Source: Epiperipatus broadwayi
Lineage: Eukaryota; Animalia; Onychophora
DNA: 64,000 bases
Reading direction: 5' to 3'
Assembly (NCBI GenBank): GCA_028023455.1
Contig: JAQFVV010000011.1
Location: forward strand, 1,984,001 to 2,048,000
Below are positions 50,641 through 64,000 of this stretch, piece by piece. The notes below the pieces were generated by a model, which was not told where the DNA came from, searched no databases, and saw only the letters and a program-made list of their open reading frames with translations. The position numbers were made by a program, and so were the translations under genes. Position 1 is the stretch's first letter. Every line of letters starts with the position of its first letter.

Positions 50641-53600
50641 TAAATTATTATTGAAACTAAGATTAATAAATATCTGAAACATAATTAACAATGTAAATAA
50701 GGTTTATATAGAATAAAAACTAATTATGTAAAGTAATATTAGAAAAAAAAAATAGATACGCCAAGAATTTATGGGTCAAGCAGATATCAAATTAGGAAAT
50801 ATCCTTCAAAAAACAGTTATGAGATAAAGTATTAGCCAAAAATCTTTTGTATAGTTTTTTTTATCTTCTCTTTAAGTTAGGAACAGAAATATCAGTGAAG
50901 TCCTAAAAAATCAACATTGCCAAGGTAAAGCTTCAAAAGATGAAATATATGGGTGTAGTGCTGAGAAATTAGTAAGCAAAGAACAATGAATATTATATAG
51001 AATATCTTATAAGGATGATTAACATGGTCTTTTATATAAATATGCATGTCATGAGCAGTTAAACCTCTGGTGTGTATTTGTTTTAATCTTTCCATGCTAT
51101 AGTAATCAAGCAGAAAGAAAGGACCCTAAATATTGCCCTGTAATGTAATAAAATCTGAACCTTAACCCATCACTTTTGGGGATATTTTCTGTCATCCATA
51201 ATATCCATCTACCAGAGGTTAATATGCTGAAAATAATATGAAAAAAAAAAGTATACATAGAATAAAAGAAAAAAGAGATTAATATCGGATGTCTAATAAT
51301 TCTAAGAAAAGGAAAATGGAGCCAATGCAATAAATCCACTGATATAAAGCTATACAAAATTCCATCTCCCAGAACATGGAACTAAAAGTGACCCAGAAAG
51401 TCAACTAAACTGAAAGATTGCAGTTATAAGCTGTGTGAAATGAAGACTCATTTTCAATTTCTAATATGCATGAACTAAAGATAACCAGGAAACTGTCCAA
51501 ACTGAATGATTTAATAAGTTTAAAACCATGTGAAATCAGGATTCCAAATATATGAGCTCACAAAACAATTTAGGAATAGATAACACTTTGCTATTCTATT
51601 TTATTGTTGGGCTTAAAATATTATAACTAAAAATATATAACATATTATAATTAATGAAAGTCAAATCACTTTTATGTTTCTGTAAATATTAACAAGTTTT
51701 TTTTTATTTTACAAATGCACATCAAACTTTCTTTTTTTTGTTTCTTGTTTCAATTTTAATTTGCCATGGATTAGATAAATTAATTTAAGAGTTAAGGTGT
51801 TAGTTCAGTGATTCAAATATAGCTAATCATTGTCATAAAAATGGAAAAACTACATGAATACCTGATTGATATATGATTTTTATTAGGGGATAACAATTAT
51901 ATTGTATAAGTAATACATAAATATCTAGTATTGATTAAATTATGATAGTATAATAAAGTTAGTTTGTCAATTCATTACAGATAGCCTCTAGTCTTTATTC
52001 TATGATGTTCTCACATAAATATTTATATAGTTACAATACTGGAATTGATGTAAGTTTTTTTGTTTTATTTTTATTTGATTGAAAATAAAAAAGTACTCAC
52101 ATAAGTTGAAACAACCAACTTGATGACCCTATAATTATTGTCATATTCATCTGAGCCAGTTGTATACTAATGGAGGAGTTTAATATCGAAGAAGTGGAGG
52201 GGTTTGACTCATTCTGTGGGTGTTTTTCATTACAGAGATAGCATCCTAATTTGTAATAACTACAGACTTAATACAAATAAAAAAATGTCTGTAAAGTCCA
52301 GGGATGGGCCCTTTCTTTGATTTCAACCAACTTTATATGAATGATGGTCAGGAAATATGGCTGGCGTGAGTGTTGAAAATATATAAATTTAATGAAGACC
52401 TAGTCTGATTATCATGATCAGTTAGGACATTCAGCATCAATATTGCCTAGTTTGATCAATCCTAATGCCCGTCAACCCCATTGTGTAAATCCATGTACAT
52501 TATAGCATGTGTTCAATAAGGGGTTAAGTGGTTATCATTATACTATATATAAAAGTAGTTCTCCTATATCCTTATTTCAATAAAATTACAGACAAAGTTG
52601 TAAAAACGATGGGAAATGTTTATAGTTTTGGTAAGAACAAAAAATATTACAAATAGTAAGTATTTATTTATAAATAATAATTTATTCATTTGAACATTAT
52701 TGTGGACATTCTAACTCCCGGAAAAAAAGACAAAACAGTTCTGCAATGATTCTACAAACTATAAATATATCTACCTATATCATATGCTGATCAGCTGCTC
52801 TCTAATTTGACATCTTGTGATACTATTTCAATTACTTTTGCATCAAATTTTTATTTCTTAAAAACTTCAAAACTTACTTGCAGTTATTTATCATTTTATA
52901 TTTAATGAAAGCAATATATACTAAACCACTAATGATATTAATCTTTCCCTTGAAAATTATTAAAATATTGCTTTAGGGAATCTGATATATTTCACCCAAA
53001 TTCATATTCCCATTTCAATTATAAAAAAAGTCCTGTGCAATGTCATTAAATCCAGAAAATTATGAACATGTCCACTATTTTATTTCTGATTATAGGTGAT
53101 CGCCATATTTTACGTTTTTAAATGTCTTCATTCAACCCATTCTCATATATCATGATTGATCTGATACAGAATAATCTGGAAAAATCTTCCTCTTCTTCAA
53201 AAATAAGTTTCGTGAATAGAAAGTTTACAAATTAAACCATTACAAAAGAAATCATTTCACAATGCTTAAGCTTGAAGAAAATGTCTGCTCAGACAAAAAA
53301 ACAATAGAATGTTTTAAAATGTTATAAGAGGGAGGGAAGACATTAGAATTCACAGCAAAATTTTCAATAATCATTTATAAGCAAAAGGCTACATTTAAAA
53401 TTATATAATAAAAATCACAGTATAATATAAAAAGCACATTTTTACCACACTTAGGAATGAATCTTTGTGTGAAAATTCATCATAGGTATCATCATTAATG
53501 AATACCCACAATCTTAATGTACAATCGATTATTCATTATTATGGTCTTTGAAAAAAATTTCAAAAATTTCTTTTAAGAAACAATCAAAATAAAAATGTGG

Positions 53601-55929
53601 TCATTTTATAAAATTGATGACATCATAGAATAATGACTTCATTAAAACTACATCTTTTGAAAATAAAGTGACATTCACACTAAAAATGTACAGTAGATTT
53701 TATTCATTATATAGTATACCATATTATGTTTTGATTATGGAATTAAAATATGATTAATGTACTTTTTAATTTTCATCCACTTTCTTTGCAAGACAATCAG
53801 TATTTTCATTTATGACATATCCAAAATAAAGAAGTTTTGCATCTTTACCAACTCATGCAGCAAAGTATTTTGATAATGTTAAACAATAAAGTATATTAAT
53901 ATTTAATTGTAAATGTGTATATTAGCTAAATTATATTCACTCAATCAATTTAAAGATTAACACTCTTATGAATTTAACTTGGCCTGCAACAAAAATATGA
54001 TTATAATTTTAATTGCAAGTTTTTTTTTTTAAAAAAAAATGATTTCAAGTTTTATGCAGCTAATAATCAACTTTATCAAATCAAAAGTTATTAAACATAA
54101 GTTTAAAATACCATTTATTATTTCCATTTTAAAACAATAATTTCACAATTTGTTTGTGACTTATTAAGGATATAGACAGTTTTATTGTAAACATAAATCT
54201 GCAAAAGTAAAATACAAGATTTAACATTTACACACATTATGAAAAATACAACAATACATCATATTTCTTTACCTGCATTTTATTTAATTTCATTGCATTT
54301 ACGTAAAATAAAATAAAAATTGTAATTTAAAAAAAAAATCAAAATCTTATTGATTAGGAATTACAAAAATAAAAAACTTTAATAATTGAACATAAAGTTC
54401 ATCAAAAATAAAATTTAAAATGTACATTGTATTAATTTTTTTACAATTTTAAAGTGTATTATAGTTTGTTTGTTTTTTCGCTTCATGCTTTATTTTAATC
54501 CAATGAAGCATGATTTGAAAAATAACATTCTATAGCTACATAAGAAGCAATATGGTGATCATGAATGAGAAAATTATATATATTTTTTCTACCAAAATGT
54601 TTATATTAATATTTTTTTAATAATATGCATAAGAAAATATGTATTCATTAATTAAAATTCTATTCACTTTAAACTTTATTTTTTTAATCAATTTTTTTTA
54701 TATATATTTTAAATTAAAAGTAGCAAATTATTTTTTCTTCCATAGGAACTCATTATAATTGTTTATTTTTTTGTGAGATTTTACTTTAGGAGACAATTGG
54801 GGGAAGGGAGGGATATTGTCCTACTAACTGATGTAAAGTTAAAAATAAACATTTTTTAAAAAATATATTTCAATTGTCAAACAATACTTTCAAAAACAAA
54901 TTTATTGCACATTAACACCAAAGAAATACAGACCTAGAAAAATATAAAACAAGTAAATGATTATGAGATAGCATGCAAAAACAGAAGAAAAAAAAGCTAT
55001 ATTTGAGTTGATGTTTGCATAGGAAACATTTGTGACTTGTTTGTTGTTTTGAGAACAAACCATAGAAGCATAATTTGTCTAAAGTTCATTCTGTTTGTTC
55101 CCCAATTCCAACATCTATTTGTGGTAAATGCAGCAGGGCAGATTAAAATGAGATACTGTTAGTAGGTAATATTAGTATTCATGTTTCAGTTTTATAAAAT
55201 GTAGACAACAGCGACCCGACAAACAGCGAAGTTGCGGAAAAACTCTATCTAATTACAATGGAGTCCCAGGTTTGCGCAGCTGTGAAGGGGTCAGTGGTGC
55301 GCATATCTCTATCCCTTTCCTTGTCTAGTATTTTCCGAAATGCTGTGAATATAATATTATTCAAGGTTTCAGCCTGGAACACCAACTTACAGCGCAATGC
55401 CTGGCCGAAAGCCGGATCTCAGAGAATATGGCCTTTTCAATTGCTGTCTTGAGGTTCATTTGGATAGAAACATACAATATTAACAATTGTCAGAATGTTT
55501 ATAAGTCTTTACTTTTTTCTTAAATTATTATAGATTGTTTACCTTTTAATACTTTAAACTGGCTTAGAAATTTGTTTTTTCTTTTCATCTCATGGCCACT
55601 ATTTAAAAATTTATAATGTAGTCTTGCTTATATCTTAATTTTTAAAATCAAGGTATGCATGCATGCTTGGATTTTTTTCCACATAAAATTTAAACGTTTA
55701 TGCTTATCAACTCTATATTTTTATATTTTAAATAGAAATATGTGCAATATTTAAGCACTTGAAATATTTTATACCCATAAATAAATGTAGTAATTTTAAA
55801 TGTTTTTGGTGTCTTTCTATCATATCATCAGGAGTCTATATCTCATTCCATAAAATAAATTTGACAGTTCCATATAGAGCTAATTTAAGTTAGTTGTATT
55901 ATCATGATAAAATACCCTATTTTTTAATT

Positions 55930-58200
55930 TACAATTGCAGCAGGATTAACATTGGAGCCTTGCTGAAGCTCAATAATCAATCATACCTTCCTATCTAAAC
56001 TGTGAAGGTAACATATTACCTCAACTTTTTTTCCAAAGCTGACTATCAAAATATGAGTTCTTTGAGCATTAACTGCTAAAACATAGTTTTCCCAAGTGGC
56101 ATCCAAAACATCAAGCATATTCATTCTGTAGATCTGTATCTGAATTAATAAAGTAATACAATCATCAGCATACGACATTAGACACTAATAAATAAAGATT
56201 TTTGTTTCTTCTGTTAATCAATTCAATTAACAACTCCAAAATTGAACTTACACCATATTCTGATGCTTGATTCATGAAGCTACTTATAAACTGCTCAGAA
56301 AATCCTATCAATAAGAATAGAAAACAAAGTAAGATAACTGTTTGACACCAATTTTCAAATGTTTCAGATTTTCACCACAAGAAATAAAAATTAGACTCAC
56401 ACTATCATCAAAACTGCTGTGATATGAAAAAAACTTCATGAATGATTATATTTTTAATAATATCAACATTTTGTGCCAAATCAATAAAAGCAATATATAA
56501 ACCCCACTTTGATTATAACACTTTTTGTCCACAATCATCCTAGATTCTCCATAATTATTCAAAATTTCTGACAATTAATCATCTTCAATTAAAAACAATT
56601 TATTCAATAAAATCCTTGAAAGTATTTTTGCTGTTGCAAAGAACAATGATTTCTCGATAAATATTGTAAGCTTTTCTATCCCCTTAATTTTATAAGCCAG
56701 AATAAAAGCAAACTTATGATTGGTTGGAATAATGTCAAGGTTTCATCTATTTCTAAAAATTATATAGTCTCATATTTTAAAACTTCAAATATATTTCTTT
56801 TCTATTTATACAAATATAAAAAGTTTTTTCCTACTTCAGCAAGTTCAATAACTCTGGGCAAACCTAAATGAGTCTATAAAAGAAATATATTATTAAAAAC
56901 AGTCACCCGAATTCATTTAACATTATTCACTTAACAATTTTAAAATATCATCATTACTATATAAATTTGCCAGTAATTTAATTGAATTTTGATTTTTAAG
57001 TTGTGTAAAAGAAACTAAGATGATTACAATTAGCAAATGACTGCTAATCTTTTGTAATTTTAATATACCACTTATTCGTTAATTCTTCTTGCCAATTATT
57101 GAACTTTGGATATATTAGGTTCCATTTTATTTTATAAGCTTCTAATAGAAAAATCATTGGCAGAAAAAGAACAGCAACACCATAGGTTGTTCATGTTATG
57201 AGTTTTTACTGATGAAAACCAAAGCCCAAAACTGCTTTGGAGATGGAAATTATATGGCGCTATATTTTAGGTCCATTGATTACTTAACCCTACACCATAT
57301 GTCTTCAGAATAAGGGTGAAGATAGCTGCTCTGATCAGAAAATCAATCAGAATTTTCCTTTCAAATGGATCCACAAAAAGACTCATATCCACAACATATT
57401 CATTAAAAAATAATTCCATGCCACTATAACATAATAAACTTGAAAATTCAAAATGAAAAATTCAGTATGGAAAGCCCGAATACCAATTTGTCATAAAAGG
57501 TAGAACATATATAGAGTGTGACCTATTTTTAATGTCACTAATTATCGTAAACTATCAATAATTTTTATCCATTAAGTGCCCAGATAATATTATCTTCTTT
57601 TATATTCTGTCTGCAAAGTTAGCATAATCCATAAAATGCTATTATTCTGAATGTGGATGCATTCAATTTTCCCTGTAATCATTTTACTGTTTAAATTGAG
57701 TATTCATAATAATCATTCCATATGAAATGTAAAAATTCAATAGAAACAAATCATTTGAATATATAGAAATAAAGCATTATTTTCAACAACTTTAAATCAA
57801 GATTTACTATTCTTATCAACCATGCAATAGTTTCCAAAAATAAAAACTCTGTCTCTTATTGGTATTGATGCAATACCTCTACCCTCTCTCCAACAATAAA
57901 AACTTTGTTCCCCTGAACTTCCTAATTTAACACTAGAGCATAAGCAGTGATAAAGTCTACAAAATAATTTTTAATACCATTATAGTGCAATGTCTGTTCA
58001 CTCAATTTTCCCTTTCAAAAAACATATGGCCATCTTCCAGTTAAATTAATCATCCTCTGAGAAATTAATAAATAAGTAGCAAAAGGCTGACAACAGTTAT
58101 ACCAATTTAAAATCTGAACAATTCCATAGTCAAAAAGATTATTCTTTATTAATATGTAGCAAAGAATCCACATCAAGTTTGCACACTCTATTTTTTAAAA
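55930..58200 (-). mobile_element. Heavily decayed non-LTR retrotransposon (RTE-like endonuclease and RT remnants)
   Basis: YADD motif (ORF 55981-56178), a KILSRILLNKL-like segment near 56600-56700 and SDHR-like text near 57330. Boundaries are approximate. Confidence 0.5.
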
Positions 58201-60039
58201 AAATACTTTAATTTTTATTATTACTTTTCCCTATTATGCCATTATTACTATTAAATAATATTACAACTATTCAAATGCTTAATCTTTAAGTAATCATTTT
58301 TGACTATTAAAAAAAGTTGTTATTCATTTATGATGTGATTTGGGTCTCTTGAAAATTCTTTTTTTTTTTATATACATTTCTTACAGTTTTTCACTGAAAG
58401 ATAGTGATGTTTAGGAAATTTCACTAGAATTGTCTTTCTAAGCTATCTTTTTTAATTCCTTTTTTTTTTTTTTTTTGATATTAACAAATGCATTAGAAAA
58501 AATAATCTGTGTCGTGCATTCATTGAAAATGCAAGATCTGGCAGATGTGGAATCCTTAGTCAGACTTTGTGAGATGGAATTTTTAGACTACATTTTCTAT
58601 CTCATTCAACACGTCGGAGATCAGAGGAATCTCTAAATAACATTAGCAAAACATACAATAATTTTCTAAGTGAAAATCTTACTTCAAATCCAGTTTTAAC
58701 ATAATAAATTATTAATTTGCAACATCATGATTAATAAAGAGACTGAAGTCGGAAGTGTGATTAACATTTTCACCAATATTTCCTACTAGCTCTGTTTTGG
58801 CAGTCCCTTGTAGTTCTTTGGGTTTCCAACATTTTATTCTATATTGTCTATCAATAAATGTTATGTTATTTATTAGCAATATAAATTTACAAACAAAAAC
58901 ATTATTAAAACAGTATTTCAACTTTGCAAATATAAGGAAAAAGTAATAATTTACTGGCAATTAATACATTGCTGATAAAAATATTTAATGAACAAAATAT
59001 TTATTATAGACCTCCATTTCTAAAATCTGATAAAGTTATTATTAAGGCATTGTAGAAGAACAAAATTAGGTTCTAAAATTTGAAATTGCACTTATAATTA
59101 TTAAAAAATGATGAAAAAGTAACAACTTGTGAAAGTGTTCCCGTTTCAGCCAATCATAATTTTCCTTTCTACTGTTAATACATTTTTCTTAACTTGATTT
59201 ATAATTTTCCTTAGTGAAGTAAAAGAAGAGACGGTCTTAAAATCTTTCATAAATACTCTCAAGTCCTTAGAGCAAACAATCTACTGACCAATGCCATTGT
59301 CAGCTAATTACTATTAAGTTCTCTGTGTGATACCGACATCTTTAGATTTTTTTTCAAATTAATAAATCAATATTACAGTTTCTGTTGTCAAATGAAAACA
59401 AAATCAGCCAACACTAAAGGTAGTCAGAAGAGAGTGGAGGTCAGATGAAAGCAACTGCAGCATCTCAGAATATGCTGCAAAAATGCAATTGGTACTAAGG
59501 CTGTTAAAAGATTAAAATGTGTTTGTCAATACACAATTCCCAATATCAATATAAAATCTCCATCAATCTAAACAATTGACACAAGATTGAAAAAAAGAGC
59601 ACAGAAACAGGATGGGAAAGATATAAATGTTTGTATTAAAAACAAAATCTTAGACATTATCTTATCCCAGAAAAAAGTAGAACAGAATGATCCTACTTAA
59701 CTCTCATATCTAAAGACCATTCTACTTTTCCCCCAACTAAAAATTATTTTGGTAGCTTGATTTAAGCATCCAGCATAAATAATAATGAAACTTCTTATTT
59801 AAGGTAATAAATATTTTTCTATTAATTAAATAATAAACTTAGATCAGAAAATGAATTATCTAAAACAGTGGTTCTTACATTTTTTTGGTTTGCGACCCAT
59901 TTTCAAATTTAAAATTTTCCAACGACCCCCATCATCGATGTGCAAAAAATTATTAAAACAACATTGTATGCAGTCTATATTTTAATATATAAATGTAACA
60001 AATCATCTTTTAAAAATTATGGGTAAATAATCACAAGAA

Positions 60040-61230
60040 TTCCTCAATCTTCTAGTGTTTCCTAAAATAGCATTTTACCTCCCCATTGTTCTACCTACAC
60101 ATTTCTTTATATCCAAAATCAATTCCATTTGCACCCGTTTTCTCTGGGGCAGAAAGGTGGTGGCCATCATCCTAAAAAGAACTGATTTTCCTAAAAACCT
60201 CAATGGGTTGGGCCTGCACTCCATCGACATTTTTCTGATCCAGAGAACTCACAACATTATCCTCACCCTTCTAAGTCACTTTCCTGCCAACCTTGTGCAT
60301 ATCATTATCATATATTCACTGACGTTCCTCCTCCCAGTGGCAGGCCCAGGTCATGGACGTCACTCATTGCCAACATCCTACAAAAGGCTGGCTTTGTTAT
60401 ACCGTCCATCAGTGGCAAACTAAAGTACTGGGAGGTTTTCAATCAGACTGCAGACTTCTCCATTGTCTCACCTACATTCCTCAAACTTACCAATGCTCAA
60501 TTAATCTGCAAATTCAAAAGGTGATCCCTTGAGGCAAAATTCCTCGATTTCCTCCTTAAAATCAACCTTCCCTCCCTTCCCACAAATCAATTTTTGGACA
60601 ACCATAGGGATTTCACCAAGATCTCTCCCCTATGCCAGCTCTGTAAAACTGACAATCAAATCCTCCAGCACTTCCTATTTAAATGTCCCTTTCTGCTTGG
60701 AGTGAGATATGTCATCAACTCCTGCCTTTCCTCACACAGGAACACCAACCTTCAACCTCCAACATCCATAGAAACAGGGATCTTTGCGACCATTAGACTA
60801 TCAGTTTTCCTCATCTATGCACTCTGGTTGCTCCGATGTGACATTATTTTTGACCAGAGAGTACACTCAGTGAATCAAAAGCTATTGGACCTAATTCACT
60901 CTCTCAAAACCAGAGATACCAAACTAGCTCCACCTCCGCTCCTTACAGATACTCCAACTCTCATCCTCTCAGCCTTTGTCATAGGACTCAATCATTTAAA
61001 TGTTTGTGACCCATGCGGTGCTTGCTTAATAGACATGCATCTCAGACTGGCCTGGACTACACACCCTTTCCACTTCCCATTCCCTTTTCACCTATATCCT
61101 TCCTCTCTTATCATATTGCTCCTGAAATTTCAATTTACCATATAATCACTCCCTTGTAAACATTTTTCTAACTATATTTGTATCTGTTTTTTTTTTTTTT
61201 ATGAATAAACTTTCATCACTGAGAAGAAAA
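60040..61230 (+). mobile_element. 5'-truncated L1/Tx1-like LINE inserted in the hAT 3' region, 15-bp TSD
   Basis: RFLW...NGLGLHSI and CQLCKTDNQILQHFLFKCP motifs, AATAAA near 61204. TSD AAATAATCACAAGAA at 60025-60039 and 61231-61245. Confidence 0.9.
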
Positions 61231-61346
61231 AAATAATCACAAGAACTAAAAATTTACTAAAAGTGATTGTAGTACTTACAACATATTAAAAAACAGAAAA
61301 AATAAACAATATTAATAACATTATTAACAATATATTAAAATTAAAT

Positions 61347-63320
61347 TTAGTGGGATGAGTGAGCTTGCCTGTTTAGGCACAATAAATGTAATCTTGGTTC
61401 AATTTTTGTTAACACAAATCTCATAGCATTTTTAATATTAGTAAGATGATTGCACTATTTAATTTTTATGTTTACCATTACTGAAAATGCGGTTTCACAC
61501 AAATAAGTACTAGCAAATAGTAAAAGAATTGCTATGGCCAATTTGAACAATAACAGATATTCAGACTTTATTGTGAGTCAAAAAGAGTTTATTAACTGTT
61601 TCGAATATCGTTTTTAAGTCTCAAGTCAGAACTGATTTCATCAAATTCTTCATGGGCATTTATAGGCAAATGTTTTATTTGCTCCATTTCTATTAAAAAT
61701 GGTTTTGAATCCAAGCAAACAGTTCTATATTTAAATATGATGAATAATATGTATCAAATTTTTCATGTAAACATGTCAAATGATCAATTATGCTTTATTT
61801 AATTAAATTATTATCCAAATTATTTCCATTAATAAAATCATTTGTACTTGAAAACATTTCAAATGTGCCATTCTCCACATTTGACTTCCATATGCTTATT
61901 TTTTTCCCTAAATGCATGAATTTTACCACACAAAATTAAAATATTTGCATTCTCACCTTGATGAAACATGTTTGGTTTTTAATTTCTCATATATATCAGT
62001 CAATTAACACAATTTACAAACCCAAGTTTCACTGTAAAAAAGATGAGAAAGATCACTATTTTTTCTGATAAAAATATAATAATTTTATCTTTCAGCTGTA
62101 CTAGTCACTTTAAAGCTTATTCCTTCTATAACCATCTAACTTCTGTATGCAGTAAGAATTTTCAAGAGACCCAAATCACATCATAAAATTGTAAATAATC
62201 TACAATTCAATGTGCACAACATTTTATAAAATTAATAATCTTTATGGCATCTTGTAAATCCATCTTATGATCATAGTTACCTGAGCTACTTGATTTTAAA
62301 ATAGTCACAAATATTAAAATAAACACCTACATATTTCAATACAAAAATATTTCTTATACTAAATTAAACACTAATATTAATACATATTATTTTGTTTTCC
62401 TAATGCAAATTTTTAACAGGTCATATACCTAATTATAATACCTCTAATAATTATCATACCTTTAATAATTTGTATAAATTATATGTCAGTTTTTAAAATA
62501 ATATTTCATTTAGACTCATGTGCCCTAGTAGGTGCCAAGAGCTCTTAATGGTGTCTTTTTCATAACACACTCATTGGCCTATTTTGAATCGTAACTCAGT
62601 CGTAAGTAGGGTTGTGTCTGTATATTAAATTCAGCTTATTTGTATGGGATTGTTGAAAGATACATTTTGTTTTTATCTTGTGCCTAGTGACTTTTGTAAA
62701 TGAGGCTTCGCCAACCAGATTAATATATATATTTATTTTACATATCATGAAATAAGTCAGTAAATTATTTCTACACATTTCATTTAATGTATATCCAACA
62801 ATATTTTTCATAGATTTAACTTTTGCTAAAAATCCTAGATGCTGAACCTTCGGCGCTGCTTCACCATCCGTACATACACCAATACAATTGTTCCAATTTA
62901 ATCCTTTTTTCCTTGGAAAAAATCATTTACTTTTAAAAAAATATATTGGCCTGTTGTACAACAATTCATTGACAGACAAAACAGTAAATCTTCATGTATA
63001 TTAACATCATAACAGTACTTAACATACACTAAAAGTTGAGACAAATTTGTAATGTTAGTTGACTCATCTAGCTGAACTGAAAATTTGGAGCTTTCTTTAA
63101 TTCTCTGAATAAGTTGCTGAAATTGGTTGACACTAATTTCCAGAATTATTTTAGTTACTGTGTCATTAGAAAGAGGAATTTTCCTTAATTCATCTGCATA
63201 CTTTTTCCCATGAATAGTTTCAGTTATTTGTACTGCAGCAGGTAAAACCAGTTTTTCTCTGATTGTATATGATTTTTTAGATTTTGCTATTAAATATGAT
63301 GCCTGGTAAGATGGCAGCAT
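61347..63320 (-). pseudogene. Disrupted hAT Charlie/Buster-type transposase (ZBED5/SCAND3-like family)
   Basis: SYQASYLIAKSKK..TI.EKLVLPAA, IPLSNDTV, QLDEST, CTDG, DAIKIINFIK, LHTEVRWL and FASTYLCETAFS..IEPR..QAHSSH*. Interrupted at about 62296-62815, with many stops. Confidence 0.9.
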
Positions 63321-64000
63321 ATTCTGAAATAAGTATACACCTTTTATAAAAATAATTATAAATGATAACCAGAGTTCTTTATAATATTTTCACAAAACAT
63401 ATGTAAACTCTAACATATTTTTACATAACCCAACTTTTAAATATCAATTTCAATCAGCAAATTTAATGAATATTGTTGGATATACATAAAATGAAATGTG
63501 GAGAAATAATTTACTGATTTATTTCATGATATGTTTAAGATAAATATATACATTAACCTGATTGGCGAAGCCTCATTCACAAAAATCACTAGGCACAAGA
63601 TAAAAACACAAAATATGTCTTTCAATAAACACATACAAATACAAATAAGCTAAATTCAATATACAGACACAACCCTACTTACAAATGAGTTATGTTTGAA
63701 AATAGGCCAATGAGCACATTACCAAACTGACACCATTAGGAGGTCTTAGCACGTAACAGGACACATACATCTAAATGAAATATTCAATTTAAAAAACTGA
63801 CAAACTGACTTATAATTTATACAAATTAGAAAGGTGTGATAACTATTAGAGGTATTGTAATTAGGTATAAGACCTGTTAAAAATTTATATTAGAAAACAA
63901 AATAACATGTATTAACATTTGAGTTTTACTAATATAAGAAATATTTTTTTTATTGAAATATGTAAATATTTATTTTAATATTTGCACCTATTTTAAAATC
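62296..64000. repeat. Long inverted repeat: about 62296-62815 versus about 63465-64000
   Basis: About 520 bp of reverse-complement similarity with scattered substitutions and indels. The second arm runs off the window end. Confidence 0.9.

Larger units (their letters stand above)
59866..63460 (-). mobile_element. hAT (Charlie/Buster-like) DNA transposon, 5' part truncated, with nested insertions
   Basis: Terminus CAGTGGTTCTTACATTTTTTTGGTTTGCGACCC at 59866, preceded by ATCTAAAA (fits the nTCTARAn target preference). Transposase remnants at 61347-63460. Confidence 0.85.

Overview
Very AT-rich (roughly 25-30% GC by eye), CpG-depleted animal genomic DNA. It is probably invertebrate, but the taxon cannot be determined from sequence. 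The window is mostly intron-like DNA packed with mobile-element debris: a 5'-truncated RTE LINE (30.4-32.5 kb), other decayed RTE-like LINEs, two L1/Tx1-like 3' fragments, a broken hAT Charlie/Buster element with nested insertions (59.9-63.5 kb), a Tigger/pogo fragment, five copies of one tRNA-derived SINE, two foldback MITEs and several Penelope-like (PLE) remnants. The most striking signal is about a dozen minimal type I hammerhead ribozyme motifs in at least three families. Family A includes a TSD-flanked non-coding, retrozyme-like insertion with two hammerheads 473 nt apart. Family B includes a 413-bp TSD-flanked insertion with a near-intact hammerhead. Family C is a Penelope inverted-repeat pair whose core has an apparent compensatory A3-U8 pair instead of C3-G8. 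A CpG-rich island at 33.7-35.2 kb holds a long rod-like hairpin and a multi-hairpin segment of unknown nature. Host exons can only be inferred from splice signals and open frames: a probable minus-strand gene (exons near 26.0, 22.9, 16.8 and 6.9 kb) and a tentative plus-strand chain (7.4-11.1 kb). Neither protein was recognised. No rRNA, bona fide tRNA gene or CRISPR array was found. All folds and alignments were done by eye.
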